Positions 13,140-21,078 of a stretch of 64,000 bases of DNA are shown here, in pieces. Position numbers and translations under genes: made by a program. The stretch spans positions 256,001 through 320,000 of the forward strand of contig OZ219750.1 of the NCBI GenBank assembly GCA_964291315.2, read 5' to 3'. This DNA is from Candidatus Poribacteria bacterium. GTDB lineage: Bacteria > Poribacteria > WGA-4E > WGA-3G. Each line of letters starts with the position of its first letter. The stretch's first letter is position 1. The notes below the pieces were generated by a model. That model saw only the letters and a list, made by a program, of their open reading frames with translations, did not search any database and had not been told where the DNA came from.

Positions 13140-13622
13140 TCAAGGCTTATCTGTGCTTTGTGCCATGAATAGCTGCCGAAGCGATTTTTTCAATCTTTCG
13201 TCTGTTACGCTGGCGAGGATCTGCTCAATCTGCTCTAATTTTTCGGCAGTTGTACGATCAGGCGTAGCAGTGGTAGACGACTTGGGCGATTCGTGTTGGA
13301 TTGTTTCGTCAGAAGGTGTTGCAGTGCTCACCAGACGTAACTCTATCCGGAGATCCGTGAGGATGGGTTGATCTAGCTCTGCGTTCAGATTTGCTATAAT
13401 ACTTTCTTTGTGGAGTAAGATCTCTGTCTTATAAGGTGGATATTCAGTGTAGATTTTTAGGACTCCTTCCGAAAGCGACATAGGCATGGTCTTTGTACCA
13501 AAGGGGATGCCAAGGTGTTTCCGCCAAAGGTCAAAGACTCTCTGCTCAAGTATCTTAGGTTCCATGTCACTTTTCCGAATAATTTCTGTTAGGATGTTTC
13601 GTAGTTGCTCTGTTTTCCGCAT
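13140..13622 (-). CDS. DUF721/DciA-family helicase-loader-like protein
   Basis: Lies between recF and gyrB; LW...LSEGVLKI...IIANLN...IL.DLRI pattern. Confidence 0.7.
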   Translation of the reverse strand: MRKTEQLRNILTEIIRKSDMEPKILEQRVFDLWRKHLGIPFGTKTMPMSLSEGVLKIYTEYPPYKTEILLHKESIIANLNAELDQPILTDLRIELRLVSTATPSDETIQHESPKSSTTATPDRTTAEKLEQIEQILASVTDERLKKSLRQLFMAQSTDKP

Positions 13623-13640
13623 TTGTGGACCTTTTGATGC

Positions 13641-15020
13641 TTATTGTTGTAAGTAGTTTGCGTGACTGATCCGGGCGTTCTTGACGGTTAGGATGTTGGG
13701 TTTATGGAGGTGATGTACGATCGGTTCTGCATGTGTTGCTGTGATGAAGGTCTGTGCACTCAGGTTTTGGAGGACATCCAACAGATAACCTATACGTTTA
13801 TAATCTAATTCCGACGTAACATCATCGAGGAGCACAATCGGATTTCTGCCTGTTGCTGCACGAATCAATTCTAATTCCGCTAGTTTGAGTGCCAATGCAA
13901 TAGTCCGTTGTTGCCCCTGTGATCCATAAGCACGTGCAACTTCTCTGCGCGTTCCGATTTCCTCATTTTGGCATTGGTATCGTTGTTGAACTGACACAAC
14001 TTTTGTAGCTGGAAGTTGCGTCGGTTTATTTGTCCTGTCTTCGGTATTGTCAAAGGTTTCTGCTTCGTTCTCGCTTAAAAAAGTAGAAAGATAGTTCTCC
14101 AATTCAATCAAAAAATCGTCGCGGTGCGGTCCAACTAGTGTTGTCCCCCGTTGTAGGTCTGCGGGGCGTGAAGCGCTTAACATCTCACTAAATTGTGCTG
14201 TAATCTCGCTTTCGCTTGTCATCCGAACCGAACCAACTTCAGACTCAGCCAATGAATTCATGTCTGTAGATTTGAGTTCGGACTTACTATTTTTTGTCCT
14301 ATTCATTGATATATCGTTCTGTATTGATATTGAGGCAGAGCGATATGTCAACGCTAGACTTTCCTGCCCGCCCGTAAGTTTCTTATAGTTGTTCACAACG
14401 TATTTTTTTAACTCGTGAAATACTTCTAAGCGTTTTATCGTGATGCCGGTGCCATGTGTGAGCAAAAGTTTGTCCCAAGCATCTAACTGTACTGTATCCG
14501 CGAAAGTTGTACGAATCTGCTTTAGTAGTTCGTTCCGTTGTTTGAGAACTGATCTATAATTCTGCAGATGTTGTAGATAATCGCTATCAATCTGAGCGAT
14601 CATCAAGTCCAAAAATCTCCTGCGCTCGGCTGGGGCCCCTTTCACTAATATTAGAGATTCCGGGGCGAAGAATACTACGTTAAACTGCCCAATCCATTCA
14701 GAGCGTTTTGCATGAAGGATGCCGTTTTTTTTCAATTTAAATTGCCCGCGGGCCCGCTTCGATGCCTCTAGAGATAGTACATCATCGCTACTGTTTGTTA
14801 ACACCCCTTTCAGGTAAAAACCGGGTTCGTTGTGCCGAATTAGCTCAGCATCTCGTGTGGCACGGTGGGATTCAGCAGTACAAAGAAAATAGATGGCTTC
14901 GAGCAAATTTGTTTTGCCTTGGGCGTTTCCACCGATGAGCAGGTTAACCGGCTCGGAAAAGCTAACTTCACAATTGACATAGTTACGGAAATTACGCAGG
15001 ATAATGTTGTTTAATAGCAT
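13641..15020 (-). CDS. recF: DNA replication and repair protein RecF, with two insertions
   Basis: NFRNY, GGNAQGKTNLLEAI, RRRFLD, GPHRDD, GSQGQQR, LLDDVTSELD motifs. Confidence 0.96.
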   Translation of the reverse strand: MLLNNIILRNFRNYVNCEVSFSEPVNLLIGGNAQGKTNLLEAIYFLCTAESHRATRDAELIRHNEPGFYLKGVLTNSSDDVLSLEASKRARGQFKLKKNGILHAKRSEWIGQFNVVFFAPESLILVKGAPAERRRFLDLMIAQIDSDYLQHLQNYRSVLKQRNELLKQIRTTFADTVQLDAWDKLLLTHGTGITIKRLEVFHELKKYVVNNYKKLTGGQESLALTYRSASISIQNDISMNRTKNSKSELKSTDMNSLAESEVGSVRMTSESEITAQFSEMLSASRPADLQRGTTLVGPHRDDFLIELENYLSTFLSENEAETFDNTEDRTNKPTQLPATKVVSVQQRYQCQNEEIGTRREVARAYGSQGQQRTIALALKLAELELIRAATGRNPIVLLDDVTSELDYKRIGYLLDVLQNLSAQTFITATHAEPIVHHLHKPNILTVKNARISHANYLQQ

Positions 15021-15134
15021 TGATTTTCGGGGTGCAAAAAATTGTTCGTTGTTTTTGAGCTGGATGTGTAAGTAAAATATTTCATCCTTGTTAACTTATT
15101 AACTTGTTTGCGCCTTTTCCTAATTGTACTATTC

Positions 15135-15396
15135 TCAATATATATATGTACTTATAAGAAGCTAGTAACAGTAGTAGGGGCTGTGGATAAGTGCATAACT
15201 CTCTTAAACCCTTATGGCCATGATAATTGCCTGTTGATAACTTGTGCATAACTTTCCGAGTTATGCACAAGTTATCAACAACATTTCCCAGTCTCCGAGT
15301 TATGCACAAGTTATGCACAAGTTATGCACATTATTTCATATAGTTATGCACAAGTTATGCACATTATTTCATATAGTTATGCACAAGTTATGCACA
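15135..15396. other. oriC: Chromosomal replication origin oriC
   Basis: Directly downstream of dnaA. Perfect TTATCCACA (minus, 15182-15190), GCCCC spacer, TAC/TAG trios (15163-15177) and an AT-rich run; nine exact TTATGCACA and two TTATCAACA boxes. Gene orientation switches around this point. Confidence 0.92.
15300..15396 (+). repeat. Tandem 11-bp/33-bp repeat of DnaA boxes
   Basis: TTATGCACA at 15300, 15311, 15322, 15344, 15355, 15377 and 15388; the 33-bp unit GTTATGCACAAGTTATGCACATTATTTCATATA occurs twice plus a partial copy. Confidence 0.95.
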
Positions 15397-15512
15397 CTTT
15401 TTTACAAGGTTAGCAGACAATTCAGGTTAAAAAACGCGAACGTTAGTAAAGTAAAAAAATAAAGCATTGGAATTGGCATCTGTGGTTGGTGCGTGCAAAA
15501 CTTTAAAATTGA

Positions 15513-16892
15513 TTAGCGGAACAGATCGAGGAGTATCGTAATTACTTGCCGTTCCTCGTCACTTTCATCCATTATTTTTTCTATTTGCTTACATGCGTGA
15601 ATGACAGTCGTATGGTTTTCCCTGTTAAAGGCTTGTGCGATATTTGCATAGGACATTTGCGTTAGTTCTCTGCAGAGGTACATAGCGATTTGACGGGGTT
15701 GTACCAATTCCTTGGTTCGCTTGTGAGACACGAGGTCGATTGCTTCGATACCAAAATAATCGGCAACAGATGTTTGTATTCCTTTTAATGTAGCGGATTT
15801 CCGCTGTTGTGATGAGTAGCTAGTGTTGACGTCCCCAAGGATCTGTCGAGCGAAATCTACGCTCAGGTTCTCCTTAAGTATTGAAGCTTGTGCCATAAGG
15901 CGAACGAGGGTTCCTTCGAGTTCGCGTATATTAGTTGTGACGACTTCGGCGATGTAGCTGAGTACTTCATTAGGGAGATGATTCATTCCTTGGTCTTGAC
16001 ATTTTTGTTGGAGGATGGCGATTCGCAGCTCATATTGTGGTTTATCAATTTCAGCGACCATACCCCATTCGAAGCGCGAACGCAGGCGTTCTTTGACGTT
16101 TTCCAGGTTTCTAGGTGGTCGGTCGCTGGTCATAACTATCTGGTTTGAGTTGGTATGTAGGTCATTGAAGGTATTGAAGAATTCATCTTGTGTTCCCTCT
16201 TTTCGTTCTAGGAATTGTATATCGTCGATGAGGAGCATGTCGGCGGTGCGATATTTTGTCCGGAAACCTTGTGCTGATGTTCGGTTGACGATAGATTCTA
16301 CATATTCATTCATGAAAGTTTCTGAGGTAACGTACAGCACTTTCTTTTCTGGCTGATTCGCTGAAAGCCGGTTGCCGATTGCGTGCAGCAAATGTGTCTT
16401 GCCTAGACCTACTTCACCATAGATAAAAAGTGGATTATAGTCGCCTCCAGGGTTTTCTGATACAGCTAATGCGGTTGCATGACATACTCGGTTGCCGAAG
16501 CCGACGACGAATCTATCAAATCGATAATTTGGGTTGAGACCAGTTTGTTCTTGTCGCGTTAGCGTGAGAGTGTTTTTGATCGGGGTGTTCCTTGAGTTGC
16601 TCGATGTTTCGTTCTGCGTTTCATCTGGTTCTTGATGCTCATGAGAAATTGATTCGTCTACAATGAGGGTAAGAGCGCATTGGGTGCCGATCAATGTGCT
16701 TAGGACCCGTTGAATATTGGTGCGAAATCGTTCCTCTATCCTGGTCCGCGTGTAGGTTGAAGGAACAGCTATCTTCAAGGCTTCTTTTGTAACTGAGATC
16801 GGAACTGCTTGATGGAGATAGACATCCTGCTGTGCTGCATCGCTGAGTTTTTCTAGTATTTCTAACCAAATTTCGTTTGGAGTCTGCCGCAT
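15513..16892 (-). CDS. dnaA: Chromosomal replication initiator DnaA
   Basis: YNPLFIYGEVGLGKTHL, LLIDDIQF, RLRSRFEWG, NIRELEG, PRQIAMYL, HTTVIHA. Confidence 0.98.
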   Translation of the reverse strand: MRQTPNEIWLEILEKLSDAAQQDVYLHQAVPISVTKEALKIAVPSTYTRTRIEERFRTNIQRVLSTLIGTQCALTLIVDESISHEHQEPDETQNETSSNSRNTPIKNTLTLTRQEQTGLNPNYRFDRFVVGFGNRVCHATALAVSENPGGDYNPLFIYGEVGLGKTHLLHAIGNRLSANQPEKKVLYVTSETFMNEYVESIVNRTSAQGFRTKYRTADMLLIDDIQFLERKEGTQDEFFNTFNDLHTNSNQIVMTSDRPPRNLENVKERLRSRFEWGMVAEIDKPQYELRIAILQQKCQDQGMNHLPNEVLSYIAEVVTTNIRELEGTLVRLMAQASILKENLSVDFARQILGDVNTSYSSQQRKSATLKGIQTSVADYFGIEAIDLVSHKRTKELVQPRQIAMYLCRELTQMSYANIAQAFNRENHTTVIHACKQIEKIMDESDEERQVITILLDLFR

Positions 16893-17063
16893 AAGATAAA
16901 TCCTACGTATATTTTCTGATGAGTGCTTGTAAGCCGCGCCCTGCTTACTCTATTTGTGGGCAAAAGCTTCCGGGTTATGTATTTTAGGAACACTTTGTAT
17001 GAAGTATGTATAAGCTTAAGGTCCAATAAGGCTTGCTGTTAAGTGTTAATATTTCAAAAAAAT

Positions 17064-17092
17064 ATCATACCACTTTTTGGCGGAGTTGTCAA
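17064..17092 (-). promoter_or_regulatory. Sigma70-type promoter for dnaA
   Basis: Minus strand TTGACA (17092-17087), 17 bp spacer, TATGAT with extended -10 TG. Confidence 0.65.
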
Positions 17093-17211
17093 AAGTCTTA
17101 TCGAGGAAAATCTGTAGTATGGACCCCATTGGTAAAATATTCTGGACTGAAATTGGAATTTTGTCAATCCGTTTTTTCTCGATTTCTTGAGATAAAAATT
17201 CCTCGAAAAAT

Positions 17212-17240
17212 TTGACAAACGCTCAGAAATAAAGTATCAT
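17212..17240 (+). promoter_or_regulatory. Sigma70-type promoter for rpmH-ispH
   Basis: TTGACA - 17 bp - TATCAT. Confidence 0.65.
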
Positions 17241-17353
17241 TTTAAAAATGAAATATGATGCTCTCTGACACGGACCCTGAAAGGCATGAGATGAGAAACA
17301 GAACATAGTGCCTTTGTTCACTTCGCGCAAAGATAAGAAAAAAGGAGATATTC

Positions 17354-17488
17354 ATGAAACGCACATATCAGCCACATCGGCGTAAGCGGAAAAATAAATT
17401 CGGGTTCCGTAAACGAATGTCGACGCGGTATGGAAGGCAGACGATTGCCCGCCGTCGCGCCAAGGGCCGAAAAGTCTTAAGTGCCTAA
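17354..17488 (+). CDS. rpmH: 50S ribosomal protein L34
   Basis: [44 protein letters not shown]; RBS AAGGAG; divergent from dnaA; below the ORF-track size cutoff. Confidence 0.97.
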   Translation: MKRTYQPHRRKRKNKFGFRKRMSTRYGRQTIARRRAKGRKVLSA

Positions 17489-17519
17489 AATAGTCGCCTC
17501 GATTTGAAAACAAACACAA

Positions 17520-18761
17520 ATGCCCCGGACTTTTGAACTACCTCATTTCTACCATAGTCCCATTATTTCTGTAGTAAAACACGCCCGCCGGGAAGTTGAT
17601 GTCCGGAAGCGTGATCTTTCACCTACGGTGTTGGATTTTGGACCTGTCCGCTTTAAAATAGCTCGTCATTTCGGTTTCTGTTACGGGGTTGAAAATGCCA
17701 TTGAAATTGCTTACCGAGCGTTGGCAGAAAATCCGGACAAACGTATTTTTTTGTTGTCCGAGATTATTCACAATCCCCACGTGAACGAAAATTTAAGGGA
17801 GCGCGGGGTGCAGTTTCTGATGGATACCGCTGGTACCTTCCTGCTGCCTTTCGATATTTTAAGGTCTGATGATGTCGTTATTGTCCCGGCTTTTGGGACG
17901 ACACTTGAGGTGGAGCAGGCTCTTAGGGAGAGAGGTGTTACTCTTACTGCTTATAATACGACTTGTCCGTTTGTTGAAAAGGTTTGGCGGCGGAGTGAAG
18001 AGATTGGCAGGCAGGATTACACCGTCGTTATTCACGGAAAACGGTATCATGAGGAAACACGCGCGACGTTTTCCCACGCCCAAGCTAGTGCTCCGGTCGT
18101 CGTTATTCGGGACCTTGAGGAGGCACAAGCTTTAGCAAAGGTCATATCCGCTGAAGAAGGAACTGCCTTCTTCTTTGAAAAGTTCGCTGATCGTTTTTCC
18201 CCGGGGTTCGATCCTGCTATTCATCTCAAGCGCATCGGTGTTGTTAATCAAACCACGATGCTTGCTTCCGAGACAGAAGCGATTGCGGATTTGTTGCGTG
18301 ACACAATCAGGGAAACATACGCAGACGCCGAAGTATCGACACATTTTGCTGATACAAAAGACACCCTCTGTTATGCGACAAAAGAAAACCAAGATGCCAC
18401 CCTCGCTCTCATTGCCGATGGGGGGGATACAGCAGTTGTTGTTGGTGGGTATAACTCTTCTAATACAAGCCATCTTGTCGAGCTCTGTCAACAGTATCTT
18501 CCGACCTATTTTGTCCGGAATGCAGACGAGTTGATCAGCCCTACGCAAATTCGTCACCTTGACTTAGAAACGAAAACCGTGCGGATTACAGCAAAATGGC
18601 TCTTTCAGACAACCGAGGTTTCAAAATTAGAAACGCCTGTCGATATTGTGTTGACTGCCGGTGCCTCTTGTCCCGATGTTTTGCTCGATGAGGTATTGCG
18701 GAAAATCGTTGGGTGGTTTCCAAGCACGCATTCTGTTGAAAAAGTTTTGGGCGCTTTATAG
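17520..18761 (+). CDS. ispH: 4-hydroxy-3-methylbut-2-enyl diphosphate reductase (long form)
   Basis: FGFCYGV, EIIHNPHV, TTCPFV, HEET, NQTT, DTLCYAT, SSN, TAGASCP. Confidence 0.95.
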   Translation: MPRTFELPHFYHSPIISVVKHARREVDVRKRDLSPTVLDFGPVRFKIARHFGFCYGVENAIEIAYRALAENPDKRIFLLSEIIHNPHVNENLRERGVQFLMDTAGTFLLPFDILRSDDVVIVPAFGTTLEVEQALRERGVTLTAYNTTCPFVEKVWRRSEEIGRQDYTVVIHGKRYHEETRATFSHAQASAPVVVIRDLEEAQALAKVISAEEGTAFFFEKFADRFSPGFDPAIHLKRIGVVNQTTMLASETEAIADLLRDTIRETYADAEVSTHFADTKDTLCYATKENQDATLALIADGGDTAVVVGGYNSSNTSHLVELCQQYLPTYFVRNADELISPTQIRHLDLETKTVRITAKWLFQTTEVSKLETPVDIVLTAGASCPDVLLDEVLRKIVGWFPSTHSVEKVLGAL

Positions 18762-18790
18762 CGCACTTTAGATATCTGTTCTGTAAATCT

Positions 18791-19897
18791 CTATAGTCTT
18801 GATAAAGCTTTCAATAATACCGAAGTTTGTGAGGGTGTGCCGACACTAATTCGGACATGGTTGCGCAGGTGTGGTGTATTAAAATATCGGATAAGAATCC
18901 CCTGTTCAGCTAACGCTGTCTTTAATTTCGCCGCATTTCTTCCAGTGACCTGTGATAGGATGAAGTTTGCTTCGCTTGGATACGGTTCCAAAAAGTCAAT
19001 TTTCTGCAATTCTTGATAAAGTCGTCCACGTTCTTCTACAATTTTTTTTACGTTATTTCTTAAGTAATCCACATCCGACAAGGAAACGAGGGCGGCTATT
19101 GCCGCGGCGACGTTTACATTGTACGGTTGCTTAATTTTCAATAGATGTGTGAGTATCCACTTGGGAACGATACCGTATCCTACTCGCAGTCCTGCCAGTC
19201 CTGCCCATTTACTGAATGTCCGCAGCACAATCAGGTTTTCATGTTCTAATACCCAATCCGCGCAGCTCTGTCCACTAAATTCAATATAAGCTTCGTCTAG
19301 CACAACAATCAGCGGAAGCTGAAGCAGCTGTCGAAGGCACCCCTCATCGAGCATCCGGCCGTCAGGATTGTTAGGGCTTGTGATAAAGATGATTTTGGTG
19401 TTTCTATCTTTATGCGCAAGTTCAACTATCGATTCTGTGTCTAACGAGAAGTTTTCTTTTCGATCAATCTCAATTGTTTTTCCTCCGTTAAGTTCTGTGT
19501 CGAAACTGTACATTCCAAACGTTGGCGGGCAGTTAATGACAGCATCACCAGGGGCGATGAATAACCTAATTATGAGGTCAATTAATTCGTCTGCCCCGTG
19601 TCCAACAATGATGTGGGTCGCGTCAATACCTATATGGTCGCTTAGCGCCTGACGGAGCGATATACTCTCTGGATCTGGATATATATGATAATAAGTTTCG
19701 TTTGCTAGTGCTTGATATACACGCGGTGAAGGCCCATAAGGGTTCTCATTCGCATCAAGTTTAATGATGTTTTCAGGGGCAATACCGAGTCGTCTGCTGA
19801 GGACATCAAACGGAACGATCGGTGTATAGGATGCTATGTCTGCAATATCTGATCGAATGAGGTTTTTATATTTTTTATCTACTATTTTTAAGGACAT
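18791..19897 (-). CDS. hisC: Histidinol-phosphate aminotransferase
   Basis: KLDANENPY, GADELI, SPNNPDG, DEAYIEF, RTFSKWAGLAGLRVGY. Confidence 0.92.
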   Translation of the reverse strand: MSLKIVDKKYKNLIRSDIADIASYTPIVPFDVLSRRLGIAPENIIKLDANENPYGPSPRVYQALANETYYHIYPDPESISLRQALSDHIGIDATHIIVGHGADELIDLIIRLFIAPGDAVINCPPTFGMYSFDTELNGGKTIEIDRKENFSLDTESIVELAHKDRNTKIIFITSPNNPDGRMLDEGCLRQLLQLPLIVVLDEAYIEFSGQSCADWVLEHENLIVLRTFSKWAGLAGLRVGYGIVPKWILTHLLKIKQPYNVNVAAAIAALVSLSDVDYLRNNVKKIVEERGRLYQELQKIDFLEPYPSEANFILSQVTGRNAAKLKTALAEQGILIRYFNTPHLRNHVRISVGTPSQTSVLLKALSRL

Positions 19898-19911
19898 TTT
19901 TGTGTTGATGG

Positions 19912-20991
19912 TTATTGGTTCGGTTGTGGTGAAGTCCGTACTTCAACTGCTTTCGGGGTCAACGCGCCGAGGGGAGATTCCCCTTTCAGCACACGCACGA
20001 AATCGTCTGCGGTCATATCTGCCACACGTAAATTGGAGTCTTTGGTTCTACCAGCAATATGTGGTGTATGGACAACATTATCTCGATCTCGTAATTCGTC
20101 ATCAACAGGCACTGGTTCGATATCGTAGACGTCGAAGGCCCCGGCGAGTTCATCCTTTACGATCCGTTCCCGCAGTGCTTCCATATCTACGGCATGGGCG
20201 CGTGTAATCACAACAACTAAGCTTCCTCTCCGCAGGTGATAGATTCGTTCTCTATTTAATAGATGCCGCGCTGATGGAGTCGGGGGTACCGCGACGAACA
20301 CAATATCAGCCCAGTCAGCGATCGTGTCCATGTCAGTACGTTGCACATTCCATTCTTCGAGGAGTGTGTCCGGGACGTACGGATCAAAACCCATCACTGT
20401 TGCCCCGAAAACTCTGCACCATTTCGCTATTTTTCCACCAATCTGTCCGAGACCGATCACTGCCACTTTCTTGGTGCCAAGGTCCCCGTTGACAAAGTCC
20501 GGATCATCACAGAATTGGTGTGCAACGGGGAGTTTAGTACTTCCCCATATCGGATTTTCCCAATCCCAGAGCGTCTCCCGGTCTGCCATCTTTTTGTGCC
20601 ATTGGGTTGTCCGCCGCAGCGCTGACAAAGCGAGCCCGAAGGCGCATTCTGCGACTGATTGCGCCCATGCTCGCGTTGATTCAATGACAGGGATGCCGCG
20701 CGCCTGAAGTGCCTGATATGGAATACCATGTCCAGAATTATCTGTCATGGCTCCAAGCACTTTGAGTTTTGGGGCTGCTGCGATGCATGCTTCTGTCAGG
20801 TTTCCACCGAAGTGAGATATTCCGATTGTTTCGTTTAAATCAATTTGTTCATGGATTGGGTCTCGGCTGTCAGTATTAAGAACGAGCGTTATCCCTAGTT
20901 CTTCTAACCGGCTTACCATCTGTTCGTGTACAAAGGGCCAAGAAATCTCTAAGTTAGGATAACGCGTGAATACAAATTCAGGGCTTATCAT
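19912..20991 (-). CDS. D-isomer-specific 2-hydroxyacid dehydrogenase
   Basis: SVAE, IGLGQIG, FDVYDIEP, HTPHIAG. Confidence 0.88.
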   Translation of the reverse strand: MISPEFVFTRYPNLEISWPFVHEQMVSRLEELGITLVLNTDSRDPIHEQIDLNETIGISHFGGNLTEACIAAAPKLKVLGAMTDNSGHGIPYQALQARGIPVIESTRAWAQSVAECAFGLALSALRRTTQWHKKMADRETLWDWENPIWGSTKLPVAHQFCDDPDFVNGDLGTKKVAVIGLGQIGGKIAKWCRVFGATVMGFDPYVPDTLLEEWNVQRTDMDTIADWADIVFVAVPPTPSARHLLNRERIYHLRRGSLVVVITRAHAVDMEALRERIVKDELAGAFDVYDIEPVPVDDELRDRDNVVHTPHIAGRTKDSNLRVADMTADDFVRVLKGESPLGALTPKAVEVRTSPQPNQ

Positions 20992-21044
20992 AAATTTTCT
21001 TTTCCTTTAACGCCAGTGAGCTATCAACTCTTGGTGACTCACGC

Positions 21045-21067
21045 GTTGCAAACAAAAGGTTTGCAAC
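21045..21067. repeat. Perfect 9-bp hairpin related to the REP-like element at 1766-1833
   Basis: GTTGCAAAC-AAAAG-GTTTGCAAC just after the GH2 stop codon; may act as a terminator or stabiliser. Confidence 0.5.
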
Positions 21068-21078
21068 AACTACGTCGT

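Noticed and set aside
15232-15396. CRISPR array, or the repetitive ORFs 15091-15318 and 15244-15462
   Set aside because: The repeats are 9-33 bp with no unique spacers and no cas genes nearby. They are DnaA boxes, and the ORFs are translations of the repeat.
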